A stretch of 64,000 nucleotides of DNA from Verrucomicrobiia bacterium (GTDB lineage: Bacteria; Verrucomicrobiota; Verrucomicrobiia; Limisphaerales; UBA11358). Positions within the stretch are counted from its first letter, which is position 1. Every line of letters begins with the position of its first letter. Positions 55,739 to 64,000 of the stretch are shown here, in pieces. The position numbers and the translations under genes are program-made. The stretch lies in assembly GCA_035776755.1 (NCBI GenBank), contig DASTWS010000006.1, forward strand, positions 6,777-70,776, in the 5' to 3' direction. The notes below the pieces were generated by a model. That model searched no databases. It was not told the DNA's origin and was given only the letters and a program-made list of their open reading frames with translations.

Positions 55739-57421
55739 ATGAAAAGTAAATTATTGATCGTAACGGCAATTTCTATTGTTTCCCAGGTCATTCTCGCGCG
55801 CGAAAGCTGGCCGGTGGCCGAAGGCGCGGATAGACAACGGCAGGAAGAATTCAAACAACATGCCGCCGAAGTGATTTCAAATGACATGCCGCAAATTCTC
55901 GAATGGGAGAAAAAAGGCAAACCTTATGTTCCGTGGGCCGCCAAGCCCGGCGATTTACCGGAGGCAAAGGTGCCCGCGTTTCCCGGCGCGGAAGGTGGCG
56001 GAAAATATTCTTTCGGCGGACGCGGCGGAAAAGTTTACGTCGTGACCAATTTAAACGACAGCGGCCCGGGCAGTTTCCGCGAAGCCTGTGAAGCTGCCGG
56101 CCCGCGCATCGTTGTTTTCAATGTCGCCGGCATTATTCATCTGAAAAAGCCGATCAATATCGAAGCGCCTTACATCACGATTGACGGCCACACGGCTCCT
56201 GGCGACGGCGTTTGTATTGCCGGTGAAACCACGCTGGTTGACACGCACGATGTTGTCATTCGCTACATGCGTTTCCGTCGCGGCAACACGAATGTCTTTG
56301 ACCGCGACGATGCCCTCGGTGGAAATCCCATTGGCAATATCATTGTGGATCATTGCTCGTGCAGTTGGGGATTGGACGAAAATCTTTCGATGTATCGCCA
56401 CATTTATGAACGCCGGACAAATGGCTACGGCGAAAAATTGCCAACCGTGAACATCACGTTGCAATGGAACATTTCCAGCGAAGCATTGAACATTTACAAT
56501 CACGCGTTCGGCGGAACATGGGGCGGACGTAACAGCACTTTTCATCACAACCTTTTCGCATGCAACACCGGTCGCAATCCGAGCATTGGCATGACTTACG
56601 GTTTCAATTTCGTCAACAACGTGCTGTTCAATTGGCGGCATCGAACCGTGGACGGCGGTGACCGGAACAGCCTATACAACATCATCAACAACTATTACAA
56701 GCCCGGTCCGGCAGTGAATTCCGGAACGATTCAATACCGCATCCTGCAGCCATCCGCGTCGAAAACAAAGGAAGACCCGACGCCGCGTTTGGGAAAAGCT
56801 TATGTCGCCGGAAATATCATCGAAGGAAATGAAAAAGTTTCCAACGATAATTGGGATGGCGGCGTGCAATTTGACGTCGGCGGCTCCAAAGAAGATCCAA
56901 CGATTGCAAAGACTGATGCGGCCCAAAAACTGGCCGGCGAAGTGCGGTCAAATAATCCGTTTCCGATGGCTCCGGTCATTGTGAGTTCGGCCAAAGATGC
57001 CTTCCGGGAAGTTTTGAAAAATGCCGGCGCAACGCTCCCGCGTCGCGATGCGGTGGATCAACGCGTGATTGAGGAAGTTCAGACCGGAAACGTCTGGAAC
57101 CAGGGAAAAGAATTCACGCCCACGCCGATGAAAGGTTTGGCCAAAAATAATTGGGGCGTGGCTGGCAATGGAATCATCACCGATCCGTCGCAAGTCGGCG
57201 GCTATCCCGAATACAAAGGCGAACCGGCTAAAGATTTAGGCGCCGATGGCATTCCCACGTCCTGGAAAAAGAAATATCATCTCGACGTGAGCGACCCGAA
57301 TCTCGCGCAAAAGGATTTGCAGGGCGACGGTTACACGGTGATGGATAAATATCTCGATGGCCTGGATCCGACAAAGAAAATTGATTGGAACGACCCGCGG
57401 AGCAACGTCAACACGTTGTAG
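55739..57421 (+). CDS. pectate lyase (PL1-like), paralog B
   Basis: AFPGAEGGGKYSFGGRGGKVYVVTNLNDSGPGSFREA. IIVDHCSCSW. Tail GADGIPTSWKKKYHL...DLQGDGYTVMDKYLDG. Confidence 0.8.
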   Translation: MKSKLLIVTAISIVSQVILARESWPVAEGADRQRQEEFKQHAAEVISNDMPQILEWEKKGKPYVPWAAKPGDLPEAKVPAFPGAEGGGKYSFGGRGGKVYVVTNLNDSGPGSFREACEAAGPRIVVFNVAGIIHLKKPINIEAPYITIDGHTAPGDGVCIAGETTLVDTHDVVIRYMRFRRGNTNVFDRDDALGGNPIGNIIVDHCSCSWGLDENLSMYRHIYERRTNGYGEKLPTVNITLQWNISSEALNIYNHAFGGTWGGRNSTFHHNLFACNTGRNPSIGMTYGFNFVNNVLFNWRHRTVDGGDRNSLYNIINNYYKPGPAVNSGTIQYRILQPSASKTKEDPTPRLGKAYVAGNIIEGNEKVSNDNWDGGVQFDVGGSKEDPTIAKTDAAQKLAGEVRSNNPFPMAPVIVSSAKDAFREVLKNAGATLPRRDAVDQRVIEEVQTGNVWNQGKEFTPTPMKGLAKNNWGVAGNGIITDPSQVGGYPEYKGEPAKDLGADGIPTSWKKKYHLDVSDPNLAQKDLQGDGYTVMDKYLDGLDPTKKIDWNDPRSNVNTL

Positions 57422-57423
57422 AA

Positions 57424-59103
57424 ATGAAGATCGCATTTTCCGCTTTAATTTTCGCTCTGGCGTCGGCGGTGTCGTTGCACGCTCAATATCCGGCAATTCC
57501 CGCCAGTGTTCAGGCGGAATCAGCGGCGCGCATGAAAGCCGCCAACGAGCGTTCCGACGCGGCATTCGCCAAAGCGTTGCCCGCCATCAAAGAATGGGAA
57601 GCCAAAGGCAAGCCTTACATCCCCGGCGCGGCGGAACCGGAGGATTTGCCGCAGGCGAGAATCCCGGCGTTTCCCGGCGCATGGGGCGGCGGAATGTATT
57701 CCTTTGGCGGTCGCGGTGGAAAAGTTTTTATCGTCACCAATCTTAATGACAGCGGCCCGGGCAGTTTCCGCGAAGCCTGTGAAGCCGGCGGCCCGAGAAT
57801 TGTCGAATTCAATATCGCGGGCATCATTCATCTCCAAGACCGTATTCGCATTCGCGCGCCTTACATCACCATCGCCGGCAATACCGCGCCGGGCGACGGC
57901 GTTTGCATTGCCGGAAACACTGTGGAATTGGAAACGCACGATATTGTCATCCGTTACATGCGTTTTCGTCGTGGTGAAATGTGGGTGGGCGACCGCAATG
58001 ATTCTCTGGGTGGGAACCCTGTTGGCAATGTGATGATTGACCACGTTTCGGGCAGTTGGGGACTGGATGAAAATATGTCGATGTATCGCCACATGTATGA
58101 ACCTCCGCAAGGCGGGCCGGAACAAAAATTGCCGACGGTGAACATCACGATGCAAAATTGCATTTTCAGCGAAGGCTTGAACACCTATCACCACGCTTTC
58201 GGCAGCACGATTGGCGGATTGAACAGCACGTTTTACCACAATCTTTGGGCCTGCAACACGGGACGCAATCCGAGCGTGGGAATGATTGGTGATTTCACGT
58301 TCGCCAACAATGTCGTCTTCAATTGGGTTCATCGCACGATAGATGGCGGCGACAACCGGAGTTATTTCACGATTGAAAATAATTATCTAAAACCCGGGCC
58401 GGCCACGCCAAAAGATGAACCGATTTCGTATCGGCTGCTGAAACCTGAATCGCAGCGCAGCAAAACGGTGAAGGACAATTTCGGGATCGCTTACGTCCAC
58501 GGAAACATTGTCGAAGGAAATCGGAAAGTGACGGACGATAATTGGGACGGCGGCGTCCAGCCGGATGTCAAAGAGGAATCCGTGAAAGCCGCGCTCGCCA
58601 AAATCCGGACGGATATTCCGTTTCCGCACGCGCCATTGCCGATTCAACCGGCTGGCAAAGCGTATGATTACGTCCTGGCAAATGCCGGTTGCACCTTGCC
58701 GGTTCGCGACGCTGTGGACCAACGCATCATTGAAACGGTTCGCACCGGAAAAGTTTCGGCAAAACCCGCCGCGAATACGTTGGATGAATTAAGCCATGCC
58801 GGATATTCAAAGGCCGCGATTGCCGAGCTGATGCGATTGATTCCTTTGGGCATCATCACCAACCCGGACCAGGTCGGCGGTTATCCTGAATACAAAGGCG
58901 AACCTTACGCCGACCTCGGCGCCGATGGCATCCGCAAATCGTGGAAGGAAAAATATCATCTCGACGTAAATGACCCCGATTTAGCCAACAAAGATTTGCA
59001 GGGTGATGGCTATTCCGTGATCGAAAAATATATTTACGGCATGGATCCCGCCAAGAAATATGATTGGGCAAACCTGCAGGACATTGTCGTTTCCATGAAG
59101 TGA
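57424..59103 (+). CDS. pectate lyase (PL1-like), paralog C
   Basis: Collinear with paralog B. ATG 57424 gives the signal peptide MKIAFSALIFALASAVSLHAQ, whereas the track start at 57385 overlaps the previous gene. Confidence 0.8.
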   Translation: MKIAFSALIFALASAVSLHAQYPAIPASVQAESAARMKAANERSDAAFAKALPAIKEWEAKGKPYIPGAAEPEDLPQARIPAFPGAWGGGMYSFGGRGGKVFIVTNLNDSGPGSFREACEAGGPRIVEFNIAGIIHLQDRIRIRAPYITIAGNTAPGDGVCIAGNTVELETHDIVIRYMRFRRGEMWVGDRNDSLGGNPVGNVMIDHVSGSWGLDENMSMYRHMYEPPQGGPEQKLPTVNITMQNCIFSEGLNTYHHAFGSTIGGLNSTFYHNLWACNTGRNPSVGMIGDFTFANNVVFNWVHRTIDGGDNRSYFTIENNYLKPGPATPKDEPISYRLLKPESQRSKTVKDNFGIAYVHGNIVEGNRKVTDDNWDGGVQPDVKEESVKAALAKIRTDIPFPHAPLPIQPAGKAYDYVLANAGCTLPVRDAVDQRIIETVRTGKVSAKPAANTLDELSHAGYSKAAIAELMRLIPLGIITNPDQVGGYPEYKGEPYADLGADGIRKSWKEKYHLDVNDPDLANKDLQGDGYSVIEKYIYGMDPAKKYDWANLQDIVVSMK

Positions 59104-60392
59104 ATAGCGCTGCCAAAAAACTTTCTTTTTATGCGTGGCTCGTTGTCGCGCTGCTCTGGCCGGTGGCATTGCTGAATTATCTCGACCGCCAGATGGTCTC
59201 GACCATTCGCGCTTCAATCCGCGCGGATATTCCGTCCATCGCCAACGACCAGGACTTCGGCACGATGATGGCGATGTTCATGTGGGTTTACGCGTTTTTA
59301 AGTCCGATCGGCGGTTACATAGCCGACAAATTCAATCGCCGCTGGACTGTTATTGGAAGCTTGTTCGTCTGGTCGGCCGTGACCTGGCTCACCGGCCACG
59401 CGCATACCTACGGCGAAATGAAATTCTATCGCGCGCTCATGGGAATCAGCGAAGCCTTTTACATTCCGGCAGCCCTCGCGCTCATCACCGATTTTCATAC
59501 CGGCAACACCCGCGCCAAAGCCATTGGCCTTCATCAAACCGGCATTTATGCGGGACTCGCGCTCGGCGGTATCGGAGGCTACATCGCCGATCACAGTTCC
59601 TGGCGGAATTGTTTTACCTGGTTCGGCGCCGCAGGCGTCGTTTATGCAATTGTGTTGATGTTCGCCTTGCGGGATGCGGACAAAGATGAAGATGCGATTG
59701 TCGAAAAAAATTCTGTGACGGTGATTGAAACTTTGCGTGCTCTCTGGCTGCAACCGGCATTTTGGATATTGGTGATTTATTTCACCTTGCCCGCTATTTC
59801 CGGCTGGGCGACAAAAAATTGGCTGCCAACGTTTCTCTCAGACACATTTCATTTGAAGCAGGGGCCAGCCGGACTTTCGGCGACCGGTTATATTCAATTT
59901 GCTTCGCTCGGCGGCGTTTTCCTCGGCGGCGTCGTCGCCGATTGGTGGATGCGCAAAACCAATCGCGGACGCATTTACACCAGCGCATTTGGTGTGTTGC
60001 TGTTGGTTCCGGCGTTGCTTCTGCTCGGTTATGCGTGGGCATTGCCCGTTGCGATTGCGGCGATGATCCTGTTTGGCATCGGCTGGGGATTTTACGATTG
60101 CAACAACATGCCGATTCTTTCGCAAATCGCGCGTCCCGAACATCGCGCCACCGGCTACGGATTTATGAATCTGGTCAGTATCAGTATTGGCGCGGCGGCG
60201 ACCGTCGGGCTGGGCTGGATGCGCGATCATCATCTCAAATTTTCCATCGCATTCGCGGCGTCCGCGGCAGTAGCATTGTTGAGCGCCGGCTTGATTTTAT
60301 TGATAAAACCGCGCTCGGCAGATTTTCAAAACGAAAAAAATGAAACCGCTTTTGACAGGAATCGTTCCGCCGATGGTCACACCGTTGCGTGA
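59064..60392 (+). CDS. MFS transporter, anion:cation symporter (ACS, ExuT/hexuronate-like) type
   Basis: 12-TM layout. The N-terminal LNYLDRQ motif is typical of ACS-family MFS. An alternative GTG start at 59100 overlaps the stop of the preceding lyase. Confidence 0.75.
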   Translation: MGKPAGHCRFHEVNSAAKKLSFYAWLVVALLWPVALLNYLDRQMVSTIRASIRADIPSIANDQDFGTMMAMFMWVYAFLSPIGGYIADKFNRRWTVIGSLFVWSAVTWLTGHAHTYGEMKFYRALMGISEAFYIPAALALITDFHTGNTRAKAIGLHQTGIYAGLALGGIGGYIADHSSWRNCFTWFGAAGVVYAIVLMFALRDADKDEDAIVEKNSVTVIETLRALWLQPAFWILVIYFTLPAISGWATKNWLPTFLSDTFHLKQGPAGLSATGYIQFASLGGVFLGGVVADWWMRKTNRGRIYTSAFGVLLLVPALLLLGYAWALPVAIAAMILFGIGWGFYDCNNMPILSQIARPEHRATGYGFMNLVSISIGAAATVGLGWMRDHHLKFSIAFAASAAVALLSAGLILLIKPRSADFQNEKNETAFDRNRSADGHTVA

Positions 60393-61266
60393 CCGCGACG
60401 AACTTGACATCGCCGGACTGGAAAAATTGCTCGAACACATTTTAGCGGGCGGTATCGACGGATTATTCATTCTTGGCACGACCGGCGAAGGGCCGAGCTT
60501 GAGCTATCGTCTGCGCCGCGAATTGATCGAACGCGTTTGCCGTCAAAATAAAAAGCGCGTGCCGATTCTGGTCGGAATCACCGATACATCCTTTGTCGAA
60601 TCAGTCAATCTCTCGCGTCATGCCGCGAATTGCGGCGCGGATGCGGTCGTCGTCGCGCCGCCGTATTACATGCCGGAAGGACAGCCTGAATTGCAGGAAT
60701 GGCTCGACCATCTTGTGCCCGAATTGCCGTTGCCGCTGTTTCTCTACAACATGCCGCCGCTGACGAAAGTTTCATTTGAAATCGAAACCGTCCGCCGTTC
60801 GTTGGCCAATCCGCGCATCATCGGTTTCAAAGACAGCTCCGGTGATCTGGATTATTTCAAAAACGTTGCCGCATTTCTGAAAGAACGTCCTGATTGGTCG
60901 CTGTTCATCGGGCCGGAAGAAAAATTATTTAGCGCGTTACAGCTCGGCGGTCACGGCGGCGTGAGCGGCGGCGCGAATCTGTTTCCAAAAGTTTATGTGA
61001 AATTGTGCGAAGCTTTCCGCGCCGGCGATTTGGCACGCGCGGAGGAATTGCAGAAATTGATCCAACGCATCAGCAGTTCGCTTTATCGCGTCGGCAAACA
61101 TCCATCCACGATCATCAAAGGCATCAAGTGTGCGCTGGCCTGCATGGGCCTTTGCGATGATTTCATGGCCGAGCCGTTTCATCGTTTTCGCAGCGTGGAA
61201 CGCGAATTGGTTCAATCGCGCTTGAAGGAAATTGAGACAGAGCTGTTGAAATTAGACCTGCAATGA
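60340..61266 (+). CDS. dihydrodipicolinate synthase/N-acetylneuraminate lyase family protein (probable keto-deoxy-sugar-acid aldolase/dehydratase)
   Basis: GIVPPMVTPL...GIDGLFILGTTGEGPSL...YYMP and FKDSSGD (Schiff-base Lys context). Confidence 0.8.
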   Translation: MKPLLTGIVPPMVTPLRDRDELDIAGLEKLLEHILAGGIDGLFILGTTGEGPSLSYRLRRELIERVCRQNKKRVPILVGITDTSFVESVNLSRHAANCGADAVVVAPPYYMPEGQPELQEWLDHLVPELPLPLFLYNMPPLTKVSFEIETVRRSLANPRIIGFKDSSGDLDYFKNVAAFLKERPDWSLFIGPEEKLFSALQLGGHGGVSGGANLFPKVYVKLCEAFRAGDLARAEELQKLIQRISSSLYRVGKHPSTIIKGIKCALACMGLCDDFMAEPFHRFRSVERELVQSRLKEIETELLKLDLQ

Positions 61267-62780
61267 AATGGTTGCTGCCAATTCAAATTGTAATTGCGTT
61301 GATTCTCGGCGCGAAAGTTCAGGCGCAAAATTGTTTTGTTTTGCAGCCGGCGGCGTTTTCGCATTACGTCGTCTATTTCAATTCGATGGAAGATGAGAAC
61401 GTCACCAATTGCATTTCCAACGCGAATTCCTGGAATTGGCTGCAAAAGGAAATTCCGTTTTTCGAATGTCCCGACGGCGAAGTTGAGGAACTGTATTATT
61501 TCCGCTGGTGGTCATTCCGCAAACATCTCGAGCAAACCAAAAACGGATTCGTTTTTTCGGAATTTCTCACTCGCCAAATGCCGGTGAGCAGCGCGCTCGG
61601 CCATCAAATCGTTGAAGGCCGTTGGTTGCGCGACCAGAATTATTTGGACGATTACATCCGCTATTGGTTCCGCGACGATTTCAACCGCGCGCAATTGCAT
61701 AAATACAGCCAATGGTTCGATGACGCGCTTTGGCAGCGCTATCTCGTCACGCTCGACAAAAAATTTCTCGTTTCGCTACTTCCCGATTTGGCGGGTGATT
61801 ATCGGCAATGGGAAAAGGAGCATCGGACAACCAACGGCCTTTTCTGGCAATACGATGTCCGCGATGCGATGGAAGAATCCATCAGCGGTTCGCGCACGAA
61901 CAAAAATCTGCGGCCGACGATCAACAGCTACATGTTTGGAAACGCTCGCGCGATTTCAGAAATCGCGAAACTGGACGGGGATAAAAAAATTGGGGACGAG
62001 TTCGCCGTCAAAGCCGCGCATCTGAAAAATCTCATCGAAACGAATTTATGGAATGCGGACGCGAAATTTTTTGAAGTCCGCCGCGATAACGGAAAATTTT
62101 CGGATGTCCGTGAAGAAATCGGTTTCATTCCGTGGATGTTTGATTTGCCGCCGGACAACAGTGATTACAATTCAGCCTGGAAACAATTGGCCGACGTGAA
62201 CGGATTTTCGGCGCCTTACGGAATCACGACCGCCGAGCGGCGCAGCCCGTTTTTCCGCACACACGGCTACGGCCACTGCGAATGGGACGGCGCGGTCTGG
62301 CCATTTGCGACCTCGCAAACGCTGGACGCGCTCGCACATTTTCTCCGCGATTACAATCAGCAGGTCGTCACCAAAGACGATTATTTCGATGCCTTTCTGA
62401 CCTACGCCAAAAGCCAGCGCGCTGATGGCAAACCTTATATCGGCGAATACCTGGATGAAACGACCGGCCAATGGATCAACGGCAAAGGCGGTCGCAGCCG
62501 TTATTACAATCATTCCACATTTGCAGATTTGGTGATCAATGGTGTCATTGGTTTGGTTCCGCGTGCTGATAACGTCGTGGAAATTTCGCCGCTATTGCCG
62601 GAACGTGTTTGGAATTACTTCTGCCTCGACGGTGTCAATTATCACGGCCGCGTGCTGACAATTATTTGGGACCGAGACGGTTCGCGCTATCATTGCGGCA
62701 AAGGCTTGACCGTTTTGGCCGACGGAAAAGAAATTGCGCACGGCGACAAGCTGGCAAAATTGACAGGAAAACTCCCATGA
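61263..62780 (+). CDS. secreted (alpha/alpha)6-type glycoside hydrolase-like protein (GH63/trehalase/MGH1-like; family unassigned)
   Basis: Signal peptide. YYFRWWSFRKH, GLFWQYDVRDAMEES and CEWDGAVWPFATSQTLDAL resemble six-hairpin glycosidases (from memory, weak). Confidence 0.5.
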   Translation: MKWLLPIQIVIALILGAKVQAQNCFVLQPAAFSHYVVYFNSMEDENVTNCISNANSWNWLQKEIPFFECPDGEVEELYYFRWWSFRKHLEQTKNGFVFSEFLTRQMPVSSALGHQIVEGRWLRDQNYLDDYIRYWFRDDFNRAQLHKYSQWFDDALWQRYLVTLDKKFLVSLLPDLAGDYRQWEKEHRTTNGLFWQYDVRDAMEESISGSRTNKNLRPTINSYMFGNARAISEIAKLDGDKKIGDEFAVKAAHLKNLIETNLWNADAKFFEVRRDNGKFSDVREEIGFIPWMFDLPPDNSDYNSAWKQLADVNGFSAPYGITTAERRSPFFRTHGYGHCEWDGAVWPFATSQTLDALAHFLRDYNQQVVTKDDYFDAFLTYAKSQRADGKPYIGEYLDETTGQWINGKGGRSRYYNHSTFADLVINGVIGLVPRADNVVEISPLLPERVWNYFCLDGVNYHGRVLTIIWDRDGSRYHCGKGLTVLADGKEIAHGDKLAKLTGKLP

Positions 62781-64000
62781 CAAATTTACGATTTGCAATT
62801 CGCCGGTTGCATGCCGCCGTCGCGATCGCCGCCGCTGTATTTATTTCATACTCCGCTCACGCCGCGCCGAAGAAGCCGCTCGCGCCCATCGTTTCGATCG
62901 GAGCCGGTGGTAAACTGGATTACGACCTGGACGAACGCGGCAACCGCGTTCCCGATTTTTCAAGCGCCGGTTATGCCGGAAACGATCGACAAATTCCCAA
63001 CGCAGCGGTCCGCGTTGTTGTTTCACCGGTCCAGGGCGATGAAACCGCGCGCATTCAAAAAGCGATCGATTATGTTGCCGGTTTGCCGCCGGACGCTGCT
63101 GGAATCCATGGCGCAGTTTTGCTGTTGAAAGGCCGGCACGAAATTTTTGGGCAATTACAAATCACCAACCCGGGCGTCGTTTTACGTGGCGAAGGCCTGG
63201 GCACGAACGGCACGATTCTCGTCGCCGCGGGAATTGATCGCCGGACTTTAATCCGGATTGAAGGACAAAAAAGTTATTCCGCGGAAAAAAATCCTGATTG
63301 GCAAATCGCCGATGATTACGTTCCTGTCAACGCAACTGCTTTTCATGTCCGCGACGCGGGTAGTTTAAAGGCAGGCGATAAAATTTTTGTCACGCGTCCC
63401 GGAACGCAGGCGTGGATCAATATGCTCGGCGCAACGAATTTCGGCGGTGGCATCAATGACTGGCGATTGGTCTGGCATCCGGGCGATTTTGATTTGGTTT
63501 GGGACCGCACAATCACAAAAGTTGACGGAAATTCTGTGACCGTGGACGCGCCGATCACAACGGCGCTCGACAAAAAGTTTGGCGGCGGTTTCATGCAAAA
63601 ATATTCATGGCCGGGACGGATTGAAAACGTCGGTATAGAAAATTTGCGCATGGAATCCGCCTTCAATCCTGAAAATTCAAAAGACGAAAGTCATTCGTGG
63701 TTTGCGATCACGATGGAAAATGCGGCCGACGTTTGGGTTCGCCAGGTGACATTTGAACAATTTGCCGGTTCGGCGGTGGCGATTTATGAAACCTGCAAAC
63801 AAATCACGGTTGCAGATTGCCTTTCGCAAAATCCGATTTCCGAAGACGGCGGCTGGCGGCGGAACACATTTTTTACGATGGGCCAGCAATGTTTGTTTTT
63901 GCGCTGTCGCGCGGAAAACGGACGCCATGATTTTTCGGTCGGCCATTGTGCCGCCGGACCGAATGTTTTTGCGCAATGTGACGCCGACTTGCCGACGGCT
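62777..64000 (+). CDS. secreted pectate-lyase-superfamily beta-helix protein (3' end outside window)
   Basis: I translated this frame by hand from ATG 62777, which overlaps the previous stop (ATGA). It stays open to the window edge and is absent from the ORF track because it has no stop. Signal peptide MTNLRFAIRRLHAAVAIAAAVFISYSAHA. SAGYAGNDRQIP...ETARIQKAIDYV...GAVLLLKGRHEI resembles the Pectate_lyase_3 N-terminus. Confidence 0.6.
   Translation, partial: MTNLRFAIRRLHAAVAIAAAVFISYSAHAAPKKPLAPIVSIGAGGKLDYDLDERGNRVPDFSSAGYAGNDRQIPNAAVRVVVSPVQGDETARIQKAIDYVAGLPPDAAGIHGAVLLLKGRHEIFGQLQITNPGVVLRGEGLGTNGTILVAAGIDRRTLIRIEGQKSYSAEKNPDWQIADDYVPVNATAFHVRDAGSLKAGDKIFVTRPGTQAWINMLGATNFGGGINDWRLVWHPGDFDLVWDRTITKVDGNSVTVDAPITTALDKKFGGGFMQKYSWPGRIENVGIENLRMESAFNPENSKDESHSWFAITMENAADVWVRQVTFEQFAGSAVAIYETCKQITVADCLSQNPISEDGGWRRNTFFTMGQQCLFLRCRAENGRHDFSVGHCAAGPNVFAQCDADLPTA

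Noticed and set aside
57385-57423. Upstream extension of pectate lyase C (track start 57385)
   Set aside because: It overlaps the end of lyase B and adds a non-signal N-terminus. ATG 57424, 2 nt after the lyase B stop, yields a canonical signal peptide.
62793-63128. 111-aa ORF listed in the track after the hydrolase-like gene
   Set aside because: It is out of frame with a much longer open frame starting at ATG 62777. That frame has a signal peptide and beta-helix features and runs to the window edge, so the short ORF is a shadow.

Overview
This 64-kb window looks like chromosome from a PVC-group bacterium, most likely Verrucomicrobiota. That placement is an inference from the prepilin-type H-X9-DG paralogs, the beta-strand-repeat giant proteins and the CAZyme content. 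No rRNA, tRNA, CRISPR array, transposase or integrase was recognised. Positions 1-39.6 kb are mainly core genes: argA, rpsT, a large hybrid histidine kinase, rpe, a PGM/PMM-family mutase, a ku-ligD NHEJ pair, and a fucosyltransferase with a lipid A late acyltransferase. They also hold a circularly-permuted ATP-grasp / alpha-E / transglutaminase cluster interrupted by a 1140-aa PPi-type PEPCK-like gene, then mreBCD-mrdA-rodA-rne, tonB-exbB-exbD, asd, a Fur-family regulator and a lone sufB. Positions 39.6-64 kb are an accessory pectin/rhamnogalacturonan utilisation locus. It contains a GH78 rhamnosidase, two beta-helix proteins, three tandem PL1-like pectate lyases, an ACS-type MFS transporter, a DHDPS-family enzyme and an (alpha/alpha)6-like hydrolase. 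The most unusual feature sits inside that locus at 44.5-54.1 kb. It is a tandem duplication of a two-gene cassette, each copy closed by the same hairpin terminator. Each cassette encodes a prepilin-type N-terminal cleavage/methylation H-X9-DG protein followed by a roughly 1200-aa secreted beta-strand-repeat giant. The giants have divergent N-terminal halves and conserved C-terminal halves ending in FYRMVYP. All three adjacent pectate lyases carry dockerin/thrombospondin-type-3-like calcium-loop tails. Together this suggests an undescribed surface scaffold or glycan-capture system. All homology calls come from reading the translations and from memory of the families; no searches were run.
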